From Candidatus Poriferisocius anaerobius (GTDB lineage Bacteria; Actinomycetota; Acidimicrobiia; Acidimicrobiales; Bin134): a DNA stretch of 38,982 bases. The stretch lies in assembly GCA_028278785.1 (NCBI GenBank), contig JAPYOG010000126.1:1-38982 (forward strand), given 5' to 3'. The notes below the pieces were generated by a model, which did not search any database, was not told the origin of the DNA, and saw only the letters and a program-made list of their open reading frames with translations. The position numbers were made by a program, and so were the translations under genes. Of this stretch, positions 10,801 to 20,776 are shown piece after piece. Within the stretch, counting starts at the first letter, position 1; every line of letters begins with the position of its first letter.

Positions 10801-11805
10801 CGGGCTTCTTACGGGCTCTCTTTGGCCACCGGCCAGCACATCGAGGTCGGGGAGGCAGTCGGCGTTATCGCCGCCCAGTCGATTGGCGAGCCCGGCACCC
10901 AGCTCACCATGCGGACCTTTCACACCGGCGGTGTGGCCGGCAAAGACATAGCCGGAGGCCTGCCCCGAGTGGTGGAGCTCTTTGAAGCCCGCACGCCCAA
11001 GGGCAAAGCCGAGCTGACCCGGGTCTCAGGAGTGGTGCGAATCCATGAGGATGACGGCAAAGCCAGCCGTCTTGCGGTGGTGGGCGACGATGGCGCGGAG
11101 TGGTCCATCGTCATCGACCCGGCGTGGAAGCTAGCGGTGCGCGACGGCCAAGACGTGTCGGCCGGAGATGCGGTGGCCCAAGCCGACGGGCCCCGCGATC
11201 CCAAGGAGCTCTTGGAGATCCGCGGCGTTCGCGAGACCCAGCAGTATCTAGTGGACGAAGTCCAGCGGGTTTATCGAGATCAGGGCGTTTCAATACACGA
11301 CAAGCACATCGAGTTGATCGTTCGCCAGATGACCCGGCGCGTGGCCATCCAGGAGCCGGGAGACTCCGACTTCTTGCCCGGCGAGCGGGTGGACTCCCAG
11401 GTATTCACCAACGTGAACCGGACCCTCGCCAAAGACGGCAAGCGGCCTGCCGAGGGAAGGCCCGAGCTCATGGGAATCACCAAAGCCTCTTTGGCCACCG
11501 ACTCCTGGCTGTCGGCAGCGTCGTTCCAGGAGACCACTCGGGTGCTGACCGAAGCTGCCATCGAGTCTCGAAGAGACGGGCTCATCGGCTTGAAGGAGAA
11601 CATCATCATCGGCAAGCTGATCCCTGCCGGCACCGGGATGGAGATATACCGGACAATTGCCGCTCACGCTCCCGACTACACCCCAATGGAGTACTACACC
11701 TCAGCCGACGAGGACGTTGACCTGTCCGACCAGTTCGCCCAGTGGGCGGCATCGGCCGAAGCCGTCGAGGCCGACGTGTTGCCGATAGGCGCTATTGAGG
11801 CATAA
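7879..11805 (+). CDS. rpoC: DNA-directed RNA polymerase subunit beta-prime
   Basis: 1308 aa. The ATG directly abuts the rpoB TAA (TAAATG). The Zn-ribbon CYCGKY..CERCG, the catalytic [12 protein letters not shown] and a charged coiled-coil insertion near aa 140-240, as in actinobacterial beta-prime, are present. Confidence 0.98.
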   Translation: MLDVNAFDQLSIGLATADAIRTWSNGEVKKPETINYRTLRPEKDGLFCEKIFGPTKDWECYCGKYKRIRFKGIICERCGVEVTRSKVRRDRMGHIELAAPAVHIWYLRGTRSWLAYLLMGTEPKEELKAKQLEKVIYFAANLVTEVDEEERHRRLPELEREMREEVKAIEDEWEERKRERLAELEAELAAAEAGDGRDSDKRQKAADKDLQAFEEECTEEIELVKRAFEEFSSLFPRKIVEDEELWREMEDRYGDLFAGGMGAAVIATLIDRVDLDEEERKLREQLDPVEGKKKLSQQREQKAIKRLKIVSAFNQRDQHGRRINDPRAMILDAVPVIPPELRPMVQLDGGRFATSDLNDLYRRVINRNNRLKRLLDLGAPDIIVNNEKRMLQEAVDALFDNGRRGRPVTGPGNRPLKSLSDMLKGKQGRFRQNLLGKRVDYSGRSVIVVGPTLKLHQCGLPKLMALELFKPFVMKKLVEEDLAQNIKSAKRMVERRRPQVWNVLDEVIQEHPVLLNRAPTLHRLGIQAFEPVLVEGKAVQIHPLVCTAFNADFDGDQMAVHLPLSAQAQAEARVLMLSANNVLSPAHGRPLVTPSQDMIIGAYYLTEEVEAARGDGRVFRHQHQIERAYEAGEIDLHARIEYRIPALVDTPANGEAATYTPTTVGRVLFNSTLPEDFPYVNRTASKRDITTIVDQLAQHYSKEAVAQSLDALKNLTFLFASKSGLTVSVDDIKVPPDKKSILDRYEKEADKVESQFRRGIITDGERRQKEVEIWTEATEMVRQRMEAVLHSEKFNPIDMMVGSGARGNMMQVRQIAGMRGLVANPRGDMIPRPIKSNFREGLAMLEYFIATPGARKGLVDTALRTADSGYLTRRLVDVAQEVIINDRDPFEPGGAIRGIWIEDVAPDEPGKRTYLETRLFSRTLADDVVLGDGTVLNRGTIVGDDEMVMLRDDPTVTRVRVMSPLTDDSEVGISRASYGLSLATGQHIEVGEAVGVIAAQSIGEPGTQLTMRTFHTGGVAGKDIAGGLPRVVELFEARTPKGKAELTRVSGVVRIHEDDGKASRLAVVGDDGAEWSIVIDPAWKLAVRDGQDVSAGDAVAQADGPRDPKELLEIRGVRETQQYLVDEVQRVYRDQGVSIHDKHIELIVRQMTRRVAIQEPGDSDFLPGERVDSQVFTNVNRTLAKDGKRPAEGRPELMGITKASLATDSWLSAASFQETTRVLTEAAIESRRDGLIGLKENIIIGKLIPAGTGMEIYRTIAAHAPDYTPMEYYTSADEDVDLSDQFAQWAASAEAVEADVLPIGAIEA

Positions 11806-11870
11806 ACTTCGATTCTGGGCGCGGTTTTTCTGCGCCTTCCAACTCACTCCAATCAGCCCGAGGAAGTGCT

Positions 11871-12242
11871 GTGCCCACGATTCAGCAGCTAGTGCGCAAA
11901 GGCCGCCAGTCCAAATTCCGCAAAGAGAAGACGCCGGCCCTGAAAGGCGCGCCCCAGAGACGGGGAGTTTGCACACGGGTGTACACCACAACCCCCAAAA
12001 AGCCGAACTCGGCCCTTCGCCGCGTGGCCCGGGTCCGCTTGACCAGCGGCATGGAGATCACCGCCTATATCCCGGGCGAAGGGCACAACCTCCAAGAGCA
12101 CTCCATCGTCCTTGTCCGAGGCGGGCGGGTTCGCGACTTGCCGGGCGTGCGGTACAAGATCATCCGCGGCACCCTCGACACATCGGGAGTCGCCGACCGT
12201 CGCCAGGCTCGCAGCCGCTACGGCGCGAAAAAGGAGAGCTAG
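11871..12242 (+). CDS. rpsL: 30S ribosomal protein S12
   Basis: 123 aa, [25 protein letters not shown] start after GAGGAAG. Confidence 0.97.
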   Translation: MPTIQQLVRKGRQSKFRKEKTPALKGAPQRRGVCTRVYTTTPKKPNSALRRVARVRLTSGMEITAYIPGEGHNLQEHSIVLVRGGRVRDLPGVRYKIIRGTLDTSGVADRRQARSRYGAKKES

Positions 12243-12294
12243 CCGTGCTCGGCAGACTCACCGGTGCAGCCAAAGACGAAGGGCAGGCCTGAAG

Positions 12295-12765
12295 ATGCCC
12301 CGCAAAGGCCCAGCAGGTCGACGCGACCTCCCGAGCGATCCGGTGTACGACTCGCTGCTCGTCACCCAGGTGGTGAACAAGGTTCTGCAAAGGGGCAAGC
12401 GCTCCACTGCGGAGCGAATCGTGTACGGTGCGCTCGACATCGTGGAGCACAAGACGAGCGCGGAGCCTCTCGGCACCCTCAAAAGAGCCGTGGACAACGT
12501 CCGGCCCCAACTCGAAGTCCGCAGCCGCCGAGTCGGCGGCGCGACCTATCAAGTACCCGTGGACGTGCGCCCCCGGCGCGCCAACACCCTGGCCATCCGC
12601 TGGATCGTGAACAACGCCCGCGCCCGGCGTGAGCGCACCATGACCGATCGGCTGGCCAACGAAATCCTGGATGCCTCCAATGGCCTGGGTGCGTCGGTGA
12701 AGCGGCGCGACGACTTGCACAAGATGGCTGAGTCGAACCGGGCCTTCGCCCATTACCGCTGGTAA
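12295..12765 (+). CDS. rpsG: 30S ribosomal protein S7
   Basis: The frame is open from 12112, but the S7 N-terminus [18 protein letters not shown] begins at ATG 12295. This gives 156 aa ending AFAHYRW. Confidence 0.96.
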   Translation: MPRKGPAGRRDLPSDPVYDSLLVTQVVNKVLQRGKRSTAERIVYGALDIVEHKTSAEPLGTLKRAVDNVRPQLEVRSRRVGGATYQVPVDVRPRRANTLAIRWIVNNARARRERTMTDRLANEILDASNGLGASVKRRDDLHKMAESNRAFAHYRW

Positions 12766-12788
12766 GCAGCCCTACCCCCTTGAGCGTC

Positions 12789-14867
12789 ATGTCACGTCAC
12801 CCACTGGAGAAGACTCGCAACATTGGCATCATGGCCCACATAGACGCGGGCAAAACCACTTGCACCGAGCGCATCTTGTACTACACCGGCAAGGCCTACA
12901 AGCTCGGAGAGGTCCACGACGGGGCCGCCACGATGGACTGGATGGCCCAAGAACAGGAACGGGGCATCACCATTACCTCGGCGGCCACCACCGCAGAGTG
13001 GGCCGGTCACCGCATCAACATCATCGACACCCCCGGCCACGTCGACTTCACCATGGAAGTCGAGCGCTCCCTTCGGGTTCTCGACGGAGCGGTAGCGCTG
13101 TTCGACGGGGTCGCCGGCGTGGAGCCCCAGTCGGAAACCGTCTGGCGCCAGGCCAACAAATACCGCGTCCCCCGGATTTGCTTCATCAACAAGCTCGACC
13201 GGACCGGCGCCAACTTCGAGCGGGCCGTGCTCACCATCAACGAGCGCCTCCGGGCCAACACCGCAGTCGTGCAGCTGCCCATCGGCCTCGAAGCCGACCT
13301 GCTCGGCGTGGTCGACTTGGTGGAAATGCAGGGCCTGGTGTGGCGAGGCGACGATTTGGGCTCGACTTGGGACATCACCGACATCCCCGATGACCTCAAA
13401 GACAAGGCCGAAGAAGCCCGCCTCGAATTGATCGACTTGCTCACCCAGTTCGACGAGCATCTGCTGGAGAAGTACATCGAGGACGAGGAGTCGATAACCC
13501 CCGCCGACCTGCGCGCCTCGCTTCGGGCCTGCACCTTGTCGCTCGACGTGGTGCCGGTGCTGTGCGGCTCGGCGTTCAAGAACAAGGGCGTGCAGCCGCT
13601 GTTGGATGCGGTCATCGACTACCTTCCCTCCCCTTTGGACGTCCCCCCGGTGAAAGGCATGTACAAAGGCACCGAGAGCGAGCGTGCCGCCGACGACGAC
13701 GCCCCGTTCAGCGCGCTGGCATTCAAGATCATGAGCGATCCCCACGTGGGGAAACTCACCTATTTCCGGGTTTACAGCGGCCAGCTCGAAAAGGGCAGCC
13801 AGGTGGTAAATACCCGAACCGGGCGAAAGGAGCGGATCGGGCGCATCCTGGAGATGCATGCCAACGACCGCGAGGATCTCGACATCGTCAGAGCGGGCGA
13901 CATTGCCGCCGGCATCGGCCTCAAAGACGTGCGGACCGGCGACACCCTGGCCCATCTCAACCATCCCATCGAGCTGGAGCAGATGGATATTCCCGAACCG
14001 GTGATCCATGTCGCGGTGGAGCCCCGGACCAAAGCCGACCAGGACAAGCTGAGCCGGGCCATGGCCGCTCTGGCCGAAGAAGACCCCACGTTCCAAGTCC
14101 GCACCGATGAGGAGACGGCGCAGACCCTTATCGCTGGAATGGGCGAACTCCACCTAGAGGTTCTGGTAGACCGCATGCTGCGGGAGTTCCATGTGGATGC
14201 CTCGGTGGGCAAGCCGCAGGTGGCTTATCGCGAAACCATCTCCGTCCCGGTCTACAAGTTCGTCCACACCCACAAAAAGCAGACCGGCGGCTCGGGCCAA
14301 TTCGCAGAGATCGTCTTCGACTTGGCGCCGAACGACCCCGGCAAGGGCTACGAGTTCGCCAGCGAGGTCACCGGGGGACGCATTCCCAAGGAGTACATTC
14401 CCGCGGTGGACAGCGGCATGAGGGATGCCATGACCACCGGGCCGCTGGCCGGTTTCCCGGCCGTCGATCTCAAAGTGACGCTCACCGATGGCAAGCACCA
14501 CGAGGTGGACTCATCGGAAATGGCCTTCAAAATAGCCGCCACATCGGCTTTCCGAGAGGCGGCCCGCCGTGCCAAGCCCATTCTGCTGGAGCCCATCATG
14601 GCCGTGGACGTGGTGACTCCCGAGGAGTACATGGGCGACGTGATCGGAGACCTCAACTCCCGGCGGGGCAAGATCGACAGCATGGAGCAGCGGAGCCGAG
14701 AACAAATTGTCAAGGCCCATGTGCCACTCTCAGAAATGTTCGGATACGCTACTGAACTCCGCTCGCGGACACAGGGGCGTGCAACCTACACCATGCAGTT
14801 CGACACCTACCGGCAGACTCCGGTCAAGGTTCAAGAAGAAATCGTCGCCCGCATCCGGGGCGAGTAA
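12789..14867 (+). CDS. fusA: elongation factor G
   Basis: G-domain motifs [17 protein letters not shown] and NKLD are present. The ATG at 12789 gives the homologous [15 protein letters not shown]-terminus. An in-frame TTG at 12780 is the alternative start. Confidence 0.96.
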   Translation: MSRHPLEKTRNIGIMAHIDAGKTTCTERILYYTGKAYKLGEVHDGAATMDWMAQEQERGITITSAATTAEWAGHRINIIDTPGHVDFTMEVERSLRVLDGAVALFDGVAGVEPQSETVWRQANKYRVPRICFINKLDRTGANFERAVLTINERLRANTAVVQLPIGLEADLLGVVDLVEMQGLVWRGDDLGSTWDITDIPDDLKDKAEEARLELIDLLTQFDEHLLEKYIEDEESITPADLRASLRACTLSLDVVPVLCGSAFKNKGVQPLLDAVIDYLPSPLDVPPVKGMYKGTESERAADDDAPFSALAFKIMSDPHVGKLTYFRVYSGQLEKGSQVVNTRTGRKERIGRILEMHANDREDLDIVRAGDIAAGIGLKDVRTGDTLAHLNHPIELEQMDIPEPVIHVAVEPRTKADQDKLSRAMAALAEEDPTFQVRTDEETAQTLIAGMGELHLEVLVDRMLREFHVDASVGKPQVAYRETISVPVYKFVHTHKKQTGGSGQFAEIVFDLAPNDPGKGYEFASEVTGGRIPKEYIPAVDSGMRDAMTTGPLAGFPAVDLKVTLTDGKHHEVDSSEMAFKIAATSAFREAARRAKPILLEPIMAVDVVTPEEYMGDVIGDLNSRRGKIDSMEQRSREQIVKAHVPLSEMFGYATELRSRTQGRATYTMQFDTYRQTPVKVQEEIVARIRGE

Positions 14868-14904
14868 CCAGGGGTATACAACCCACCTTCGGAGGTTGAA
14901 GAAA

Positions 14905-16095
14905 ATGGCAAAGGAAACATTCGAACGAACCAAGCCGCACTTGAACGTGGGCACGATGGGCCACATCGACCACGGGAAGACCACACTTACCGCGGCCATC
15001 ACCAAGGTGCTGTCGGAAGCCGATCCCAGCACCACGCAGTTCACCGAGTTCGACAACATCGACAAGGCGCCGGAAGAGCGGGAGCGGGGCATCACCATCA
15101 ACGTGGCCCATGTGGAGTACGAAACCCCCAACCGCCACTACGCCCATGTCGATATGCCCGGCCACGCCGACTACATCAAGAACATGATCACCGGCGCTGC
15201 CCAGGTCGACGGCGCCATCTTGGTGGTGTCGGCTGCCGACGGCCCCATGCCCCAGACCCGAGAGCACGTCTTGCTCGCCCGCCAGGTCGGCGTGCCTGCC
15301 ATCGTGGTGGCACTGAACAAGGTGGACATGGTCGACGACGAGGAGCTGCTGGAGCTGGTGGAGCTCGAGGTGCGAGAGCTGCTGAACGAGTACGACTTCC
15401 CCGGCGACGACATTCCAGTGGTGCCGGTGTCGGCCCTCAAAGCTCTCGAGGGCGACCCCGAGTCCGCCCAGCAGGTGCTGGAGCTGATGGAACAGGTGGA
15501 CTCCTACATCGCCGAGCCCGAGCGAGATGTGGACAAGCCGTTCCTAATGCCCATCGAAGACGTGTTCTCCATCACCGGTCGGGGCACCGTGGTCACCGGA
15601 CGGGTCGAGCAGGGCATCGTGAACACCGGCGACAAGGTGGAGATAGTGGGCATCCGGGACACTTCCGAAACGGTCTGCACCGGTGTGGAGATGTTCCGCA
15701 AACTTCTCGACGAAGGCCGTGCCGGGGACAACATCGGGGCACTGTTGCGGGGCACCGACAAGAACGACGTGCAGCGCGGCCAGGTACTGTCCAAGCCGGG
15801 ATCTATCACGCCCCACACCCAGTTCGAGGCCCAAGTCTACGTCCTCACCAAAGAAGAGGGCGGGCGCCACAAGCCGTTCTTCAGCAACTACCGACCCCAG
15901 TTCTACTTCCGCACCACCGATGTGACCGGCACCATCGGCCTGCCGGAGGGCACGGAGATGTGCATGCCCGGGGACAACACCGAAATGCTGGTTGACCTGA
16001 TCGCTCCCATCGCTATGGATGAGGGTCTGCGCTTTGCCATCCGCGAAGGCGGCCGCACCGTCGGCGCCGGGACCGTCACAAAGATCATCAAGTAA
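14905..16095 (+). CDS. tuf: elongation factor Tu
   Basis: The frame is open from 14707, but the real N-terminus [27 protein letters not shown] starts at ATG 14905 after GGAGG. 396 aa with DMPGHADY and NKVD motifs. Confidence 0.98.
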   Translation: MAKETFERTKPHLNVGTMGHIDHGKTTLTAAITKVLSEADPSTTQFTEFDNIDKAPEERERGITINVAHVEYETPNRHYAHVDMPGHADYIKNMITGAAQVDGAILVVSAADGPMPQTREHVLLARQVGVPAIVVALNKVDMVDDEELLELVELEVRELLNEYDFPGDDIPVVPVSALKALEGDPESAQQVLELMEQVDSYIAEPERDVDKPFLMPIEDVFSITGRGTVVTGRVEQGIVNTGDKVEIVGIRDTSETVCTGVEMFRKLLDEGRAGDNIGALLRGTDKNDVQRGQVLSKPGSITPHTQFEAQVYVLTKEEGGRHKPFFSNYRPQFYFRTTDVTGTIGLPEGTEMCMPGDNTEMLVDLIAPIAMDEGLRFAIREGGRTVGAGTVTKIIK

Positions 16096-16100
16096 CTCGC

Positions 16101-16421
16101 ATGGCGACGGGACAGAAAATCCGCATCCGGCTCAAGGCCTATGATCACGAGATCATCGACCAGTCCACCAAGAAGATCGTGGAGACGGTCAAGCGCACTC
16201 AAGCCGACTTGCGGGGCCCAGTCCCGTTGCCCACCGAGAAGCACCGCTTCACGGTGATCCGGTCTCCCCACAAGGACAAGGACAGCCGAGAGCACTTCGA
16301 GATCCGCATCCACAAACGCCTGCTCGACATCGTGGAACCGGGCCCCAAGACGGTGGACTCCCTCCAACGCTTGGACTTGCCCGCGGGTGTCGACATCGAG
16401 ATCAAGCTCCAACACGGCTGA
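16101..16421 (+). CDS. rpsJ: 30S ribosomal protein S10
   Basis: 106 aa: [48 protein letters not shown]. Confidence 0.97.
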   Translation: MATGQKIRIRLKAYDHEIIDQSTKKIVETVKRTQADLRGPVPLPTEKHRFTVIRSPHKDKDSREHFEIRIHKRLLDIVEPGPKTVDSLQRLDLPAGVDIEIKLQHG

Positions 16422-16449
16422 GCGGCAGCCGCCACCGCTGGAGCAAGCC

Positions 16450-17622
16450 GTGGCAACCCCCCAGGTACTACTGCTCCGGGTATCAGGGCCTGACCGCCCC
16501 GGGCTGTTTGCGGCCCTGCTTGATGTTTTGACCGCAGGCGGGGCACACATCCAAGATGTTGAGCAGGTGGTCATCCGCCGTCAGCTCACCCTGGGCATCG
16601 TTATGGAGGTTCCCCCCGGCCAGGATCTGCTCAAAGACCTGCTGCTGTTCGGTTGGGAGCAGCGGATGGCGGTGGAGTTCGATGTGGTCGACCCGATGCC
16701 TTCGGCCCACATCGGCGCCCACGCCGTCACCGTGCTGGGCCGAGAGTTGACCCCGGCAATGCTGGCAGCCACCGCCACCGCCATCGCCTCCGGGGGCGGC
16801 AACATCAACCGCATCGTACGCCTCTCCCGCTACCCCATCTACAGCTATGAGCTGCTGGTCACCGGAGGCGACGCCGATGCCATCCGCCACAATCTGCTGT
16901 CGATTGCCGGCGCCAATCCCGAGTTCGATGTGGCCGTTCAGCGAGAAGGGCTGGCTCGGCGGGCCAAGCGTGTGGCCCTGCTGGATGTGGACTCCACCCT
17001 CATCCAAGACGAGATGATCGATCTCTTGGCCGCCGAGGCGGGATGTCTGGAGATGTGCCAATCCCTGACTGAGCAGGCCATGCGGGGCGAGATCGACTTC
17101 GAGGTTGCCCTGCGAGACCGGGTCCGCCTCTTGGCCGGATTGGACGAAGCAGCGCTGGAACGGGTGTGGGATCGGGTTGCCCTCACTCCTGGGGCCCGCA
17201 CTTTTCTGGCCGCCCTCAAACGGCTGGGCTTTACCATCGCCATCGTGAGCGGTGGCTTCACCCGGTTCTGCAACCGCCTCAAGGAGAACTTCGACCTCGA
17301 CTATGCCTACGCCAACACCCTGGAGATGATCGGCGGCAGACTCACCGGCAACTTGGAGGGACCGATTGTGGACCGCGGTCGCAAGGCCGAAATCCTCCAT
17401 GAGGTGGCTGCGGCCGAAGGGGTCTCATCCGAGCAGGTGGTGGCGGTGGGCGACGGGGCCAACGACATCGACATGCTCACGGCTGCCGGGCTGGGCATCG
17501 CCTTCAACGCCAAGCCCAAGGTACGCGAAGAAGTCGAGACCTCAGTCAGCGTTCCCTACTTGGACGCCGTGCTGTTCCTGCTCGGAGTCAGCCGCGAAGA
17601 AGTCGAAGCCGAGGGGATCTAG
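16450..17622 (+). CDS. serB: phosphoserine phosphatase with two N-terminal ACT domains (SerB2-like, HAD superfamily)
   Basis: HAD motifs LLDVDSTLI, SGGF and GDGANDIDML are present, with two ACT-like modules upstream (LLLRVSGPDRPGLFAALLDVL; AVTVLGRELTPAML). The frame is open from GTG 16387, which overlaps rpsJ by 35 nt. GTG 16450 lies 6 nt after GGAG and downstream of the rpsJ stop, so it is preferred. Confidence 0.85.
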   Translation: MATPQVLLLRVSGPDRPGLFAALLDVLTAGGAHIQDVEQVVIRRQLTLGIVMEVPPGQDLLKDLLLFGWEQRMAVEFDVVDPMPSAHIGAHAVTVLGRELTPAMLAATATAIASGGGNINRIVRLSRYPIYSYELLVTGGDADAIRHNLLSIAGANPEFDVAVQREGLARRAKRVALLDVDSTLIQDEMIDLLAAEAGCLEMCQSLTEQAMRGEIDFEVALRDRVRLLAGLDEAALERVWDRVALTPGARTFLAALKRLGFTIAIVSGGFTRFCNRLKENFDLDYAYANTLEMIGGRLTGNLEGPIVDRGRKAEILHEVAAAEGVSSEQVVAVGDGANDIDMLTAAGLGIAFNAKPKVREEVETSVSVPYLDAVLFLLGVSREEVEAEGI

Positions 17623-17687
17623 CCAGAATTGCGATGAACTCCGAGCCGCCAAACAGCTGACGCCGCCCCTTCCGGCCAGCGCAGGCC

Positions 17688-20645
17688 TCACGGACGAGTC
17701 TTCTTGCCGCCATGGACTGACGGCTCCGCACACCATTGCAACCGCAGGGTTGCCAGCGGATCGAGGACGGAGTCGGGCAGGCCCAAAACTTCGCACAGCA
17801 CCGCTTTGTCCAATTCTTGGCGGGCTTCGTCTCGATAAGCCTCGTTGGCCGGCAGCATGGGCCTTGTCTCGAAGTGGTCGAACACAGACGCCAAGGCCTG
17901 CCTCTGATCGGCGGCGATCGCCCTCAAATCCAACACCGGAATGCTCCCCATGGTGGTCACCGTCACGTTGGCCCGACCCTTTTGCTGCCGATTGGAAACC
18001 CACCAGCGGCCAAGCAGCCCAAGGGTGCTGTTCAGCCATACGCACAGTGCCTTCTCCCAGCTCTCATTCTCGGCCTCGTCATCTGCCGTCGGCTGAAACG
18101 AGGGCCATGCCCGCCCGCCGATGGCACGCTTGGGAGTCAAACAAGCCGCCACCGGCTGCGAGTTAACCCGAAAGTCTCTGTTGATGTGCAGGCGAGTGGC
18201 ACCAGCGATCGAGAACTCCCCCAAATCGGGACGGCCTTCCCATACCACAAGGGCGAACTCCCTCAACTCGGGACGCTCGGCCCCTTGAGAACAAGGCAGA
18301 ACGCACATGGCCGTCTCCGCCCTGTGATCGTGGCACCAGAGTACGGGCCAACTCGCTTGGGTATAGTCGGCGCGCTTTGACAGCTTGACTATCTCGAATG
18401 GCCCGCGGGCAAACCCGTCTGGCGTTCGACCTGAAATATCGCGATCCACCCATCCCCGGTAACCGAGTCGCCCCAACGGTGAGATTGGGAGCTCCAAAAC
18501 CCGGTGACGGGCCAAGGTCAACCGGCCTGTGGCCATCTCAGAGGCAGCCACAGCTACTCCGACGTTCGACACTCCGATGGGGTTTCCTTGCATGTCTCTG
18601 CCGAATGGCGCGATGGCATGAAGACCGATAGCTTGACCGCCAACGGTAAGTAGACTGCTACTTCCAGTCTTGGCATTGATTGCCTGTGCCATCTCCACTC
18701 CGGCGATTGGCGAAAGAGGCCGGTCGTTCAAGATGGCATGGACGACTTCTGATGCTCCCGCCACTGGACCGGTTTTCTTGGTAGCCAAGACAATGACTTC
18801 GGCCATTCCGGTGTCGGCCGAAAACGCGCGGGCTTCAGATGTCTCGTCTCCATGCCCAGATATGGATACAACAGCAATTTTTTCGTACTGAAGAGCCAGC
18901 AGCCATCGGGCCCCACCCCACGCCGCTCCCGAGACCAGCGACGCTGGCAGGATCAGGGCCAACACGCCGCCAGGCTTGAGCTTGGCGTGGGCCAAGTCGA
19001 TGAAGTTGGAGGCGATCCCCGCGTTGCCGTGGCTGGCCTTATTGCCTCTGATTTCACCCGTGCTCGCCGCCAGCGCGTCCGACATCGCCTTTTGATCCTT
19101 CGGATCATTGCCCAAGCCGGCAAAGGCCGGATTGGGCACATCGGCATGACCGGCCTCATGGTTGGTCGGACGGGTGAACGGCGGATTCATGATGGCGATG
19201 TCCAACGACCCTGCGGGAACGTCAGCAACGGCCAGCGCCTCTTCTCCTTGAGCGGCAGCCGCCATTGTCCCATCCCCCCAAAGGGCATATCGCGTGTTCG
19301 AGTGAAGCAGATCCAGCGCGCCGATCCGATATCCGACCACGCCTTGGGTATCGGCCACTTTGCCGTAGGGCATCACCCAGGTCTTCGTCCCGGTGTAGTC
19401 GATGTCGGGCCGCTCTCCCGACAAGCGCGCCGCAGTCAGATGCACGGCCGCGGCCATGATGTCGCAGCCGATCATCACCTCCTCCATGAGCGACCGGTGG
19501 AGTTTGGCATCATCGCCGCCCTCAACCCGATGCCGCTCCACGATGCGGCGATAAACCGCGGTCAAAAGCGCCCCAGTTCCGCACGCCATGTCACCCACTC
19601 GCAACCCGGCAATGGCCTCGGGATCCGACCAGTCCACATCGAGGCGGTCAACCGCCAACTCGGCCAACAGCGCCGCAGACGCGGGACGTGTGTAGAAAGT
19701 GGCGAGAAACTTCCGATCGCCGATCAACTCCCCAAACAGCCGTCCAACAAAGCCAGATGAGTTCGGGTCATCCACAATCTCTCCCGCGGTACGGCACAGG
19801 ATTTCGAGCGCTCGCTTAGCCCCCACGAAACTGTTCATAGCTCGCAACAGCTTCTGGCTCACCCCGAAAATAGGCCAGTAGTTCACTTCCAAGATGTCCC
19901 GCCACATCTCGAGGGCCCCACGCTGATCAAGCTTGTTGTCAGCCATCATCTGCGACGGCGTTGGTATCTCCGGGTGATGCTTGGCGATGTGGAACTGAAA
20001 AAGCACGGCGTTGAACAGGATCGCCATGGCCATCCTGTTGGTCTGCTCCCCTGGCGCCTGAGCCAGCACCTTCCCGAAGGCTTCGTCCGTGCCCACCCCC
20101 TCTGTAGCCCATTGCGCCGCAGCGGTCAGCCGCATCTCCACCAAATCCGCGGTCGCGCCGGTATCGGCGCCGTCGGCGCCAGCCCGATCAACGAACGCGG
20201 CCAACTCGGCAATCCTGCCCTCCAGCCATCCCGACTCAGGAAACCGGACAGGGGCGCCATCTCCGTTCAGCGACCACATGGCCCACTGGAATGTGATCTC
20301 GGTGAATGCTCCTTGGGCTAGTTCCTCATCGGAGAAGTCGTCGAGCCGCTCCGGGCTCCTCATCCCCACGACCACCCTCACCGGGTGCTCATCCTTGGCC
20401 CACCGCGTTCCGAAGTGCCCCAAGCACTGACGCTCCAACTGCTTGGCGGGAACGCCGGCGTACTTGTTCTCCACCAGCACCCGCTCCCGGCCAGGAGCTT
20501 CAACGGTGATGTCGGGCTGCTTGGATGAGCCGACCAGCTTGCTGGCGCGCTCCGCTTCCACCACCGACTGCGGATGGCATCGCCCAATCGCCGCGGCAAT
20601 GGCCGCATTCAGGGCCTTCTCGTCTCGGTGGTCGCCAGAAGCCAT
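17688..20645 (-). CDS. fused PD-(D/E)xK nuclease / gamma-class N6-adenine DNA methyltransferase / C-terminal specificity-like module (type IIG/IIL-like restriction-modification or related single-protein defence enzyme)
   Basis: Numbering follows the 1012-aa frame. QPDITVEAPGRERVLVENKY is at aa 70-89 (P-D..13 aa..E-x-K). FYTRP is at aa 344-348, VGDMACGTG at aa 377-385 and IAIMNPPF at aa 510-517 (NPPF = nt 19176-19187). About 400 aa follow, ending WLNSTLGLL..AVLCEVLGLP. The start is uncertain. ATG 20645 (MASGDHRDEKAL, 985 aa) is preferred. TTG 20726 sits just after GGAGGAGG but adds a Cys/Trp-rich 27 aa that does not look coding. Confidence 0.75.
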   Translation of the reverse strand: MASGDHRDEKALNAAIAAAIGRCHPQSVVEAERASKLVGSSKQPDITVEAPGRERVLVENKYAGVPAKQLERQCLGHFGTRWAKDEHPVRVVVGMRSPERLDDFSDEELAQGAFTEITFQWAMWSLNGDGAPVRFPESGWLEGRIAELAAFVDRAGADGADTGATADLVEMRLTAAAQWATEGVGTDEAFGKVLAQAPGEQTNRMAMAILFNAVLFQFHIAKHHPEIPTPSQMMADNKLDQRGALEMWRDILEVNYWPIFGVSQKLLRAMNSFVGAKRALEILCRTAGEIVDDPNSSGFVGRLFGELIGDRKFLATFYTRPASAALLAELAVDRLDVDWSDPEAIAGLRVGDMACGTGALLTAVYRRIVERHRVEGGDDAKLHRSLMEEVMIGCDIMAAAVHLTAARLSGERPDIDYTGTKTWVMPYGKVADTQGVVGYRIGALDLLHSNTRYALWGDGTMAAAAQGEEALAVADVPAGSLDIAIMNPPFTRPTNHEAGHADVPNPAFAGLGNDPKDQKAMSDALAASTGEIRGNKASHGNAGIASNFIDLAHAKLKPGGVLALILPASLVSGAAWGGARWLLALQYEKIAVVSISGHGDETSEARAFSADTGMAEVIVLATKKTGPVAGASEVVHAILNDRPLSPIAGVEMAQAINAKTGSSSLLTVGGQAIGLHAIAPFGRDMQGNPIGVSNVGVAVAASEMATGRLTLARHRVLELPISPLGRLGYRGWVDRDISGRTPDGFARGPFEIVKLSKRADYTQASWPVLWCHDHRAETAMCVLPCSQGAERPELREFALVVWEGRPDLGEFSIAGATRLHINRDFRVNSQPVAACLTPKRAIGGRAWPSFQPTADDEAENESWEKALCVWLNSTLGLLGRWWVSNRQQKGRANVTVTTMGSIPVLDLRAIAADQRQALASVFDHFETRPMLPANEAYRDEARQELDKAVLCEVLGLPDSVLDPLATLRLQWCAEPSVHGGKKTRP

Positions 20646-20776
20646 CACCCGATTGTATGAGCAGGTTGTGACAGCTTGGCTGCAACCCCCGTCCATGCGT
20701 GCCTGCGACCAATGAATCCAGCACAATCCTCCTCCACGGCAGCGAAACCGGCCCGCCGGGGTGCTACAAAACGGCT

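Noticed and set aside
11806-11870. Hairpin-like GGCGC-GGTTTTTCT-GCGCC after rpoC as a terminator.
   Set aside because: The stem is only 5 bp, and the T-run lies in the loop rather than 3' of the stem. That is too weak to call.
4723-14153. Very long ORFs antisense or out of frame to rpoB, rpoC and fusA (for example 4723..5925-, 5956..6957-, 8212..9561-, 8526..10136+, 9571..10518-, 12792..14153-).
   Set aside because: They overlap genes whose identity is certain. Their translations are Arg/Gly/Ala/Pro/His-rich low-complexity strings with no recognisable motifs. They are typical shadow ORFs of high-GC coding DNA, where stop codons are rare in the other frames.
15154-15156. EF-Tu reads [10 protein letters not shown], where many EF-Tu sequences have Cys (HVDCPGHADY).
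   Set aside because: It is a single-residue difference, and I cannot judge its rarity without an alignment. There is no structural or contextual reason to flag it.
17623-17687. Expected bidirectional terminator between convergent serB and the fusion gene.
   Set aside because: Only 4-bp GGCC..GGCC complementarity is visible, with no convincing stem-loop or U-tract.
17366-20715. Plus-strand ORFs overlapping the large minus-strand fusion gene (17366..18166, 17736..18380, 18852..19760 and others).
   Set aside because: The minus-strand frame carries ordered nuclease and methyltransferase motifs over 3 kb. The plus-strand ORFs have no motifs and are Arg/Pro-rich shadows.
20646-20726. An upstream TTG start (20726) for the fusion gene, immediately after GGAGGAGG.
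   Set aside because: It is not excluded, but I did not prefer it. The added 27 aa (CWIHWSQARMDGGCSQAVTTCSYNRV) look non-coding. The SD-to-start spacing is very short. It would also leave only 50 nt for the divergent tpx promoter region. N-terminal proteomics or TSS data would settle the question.
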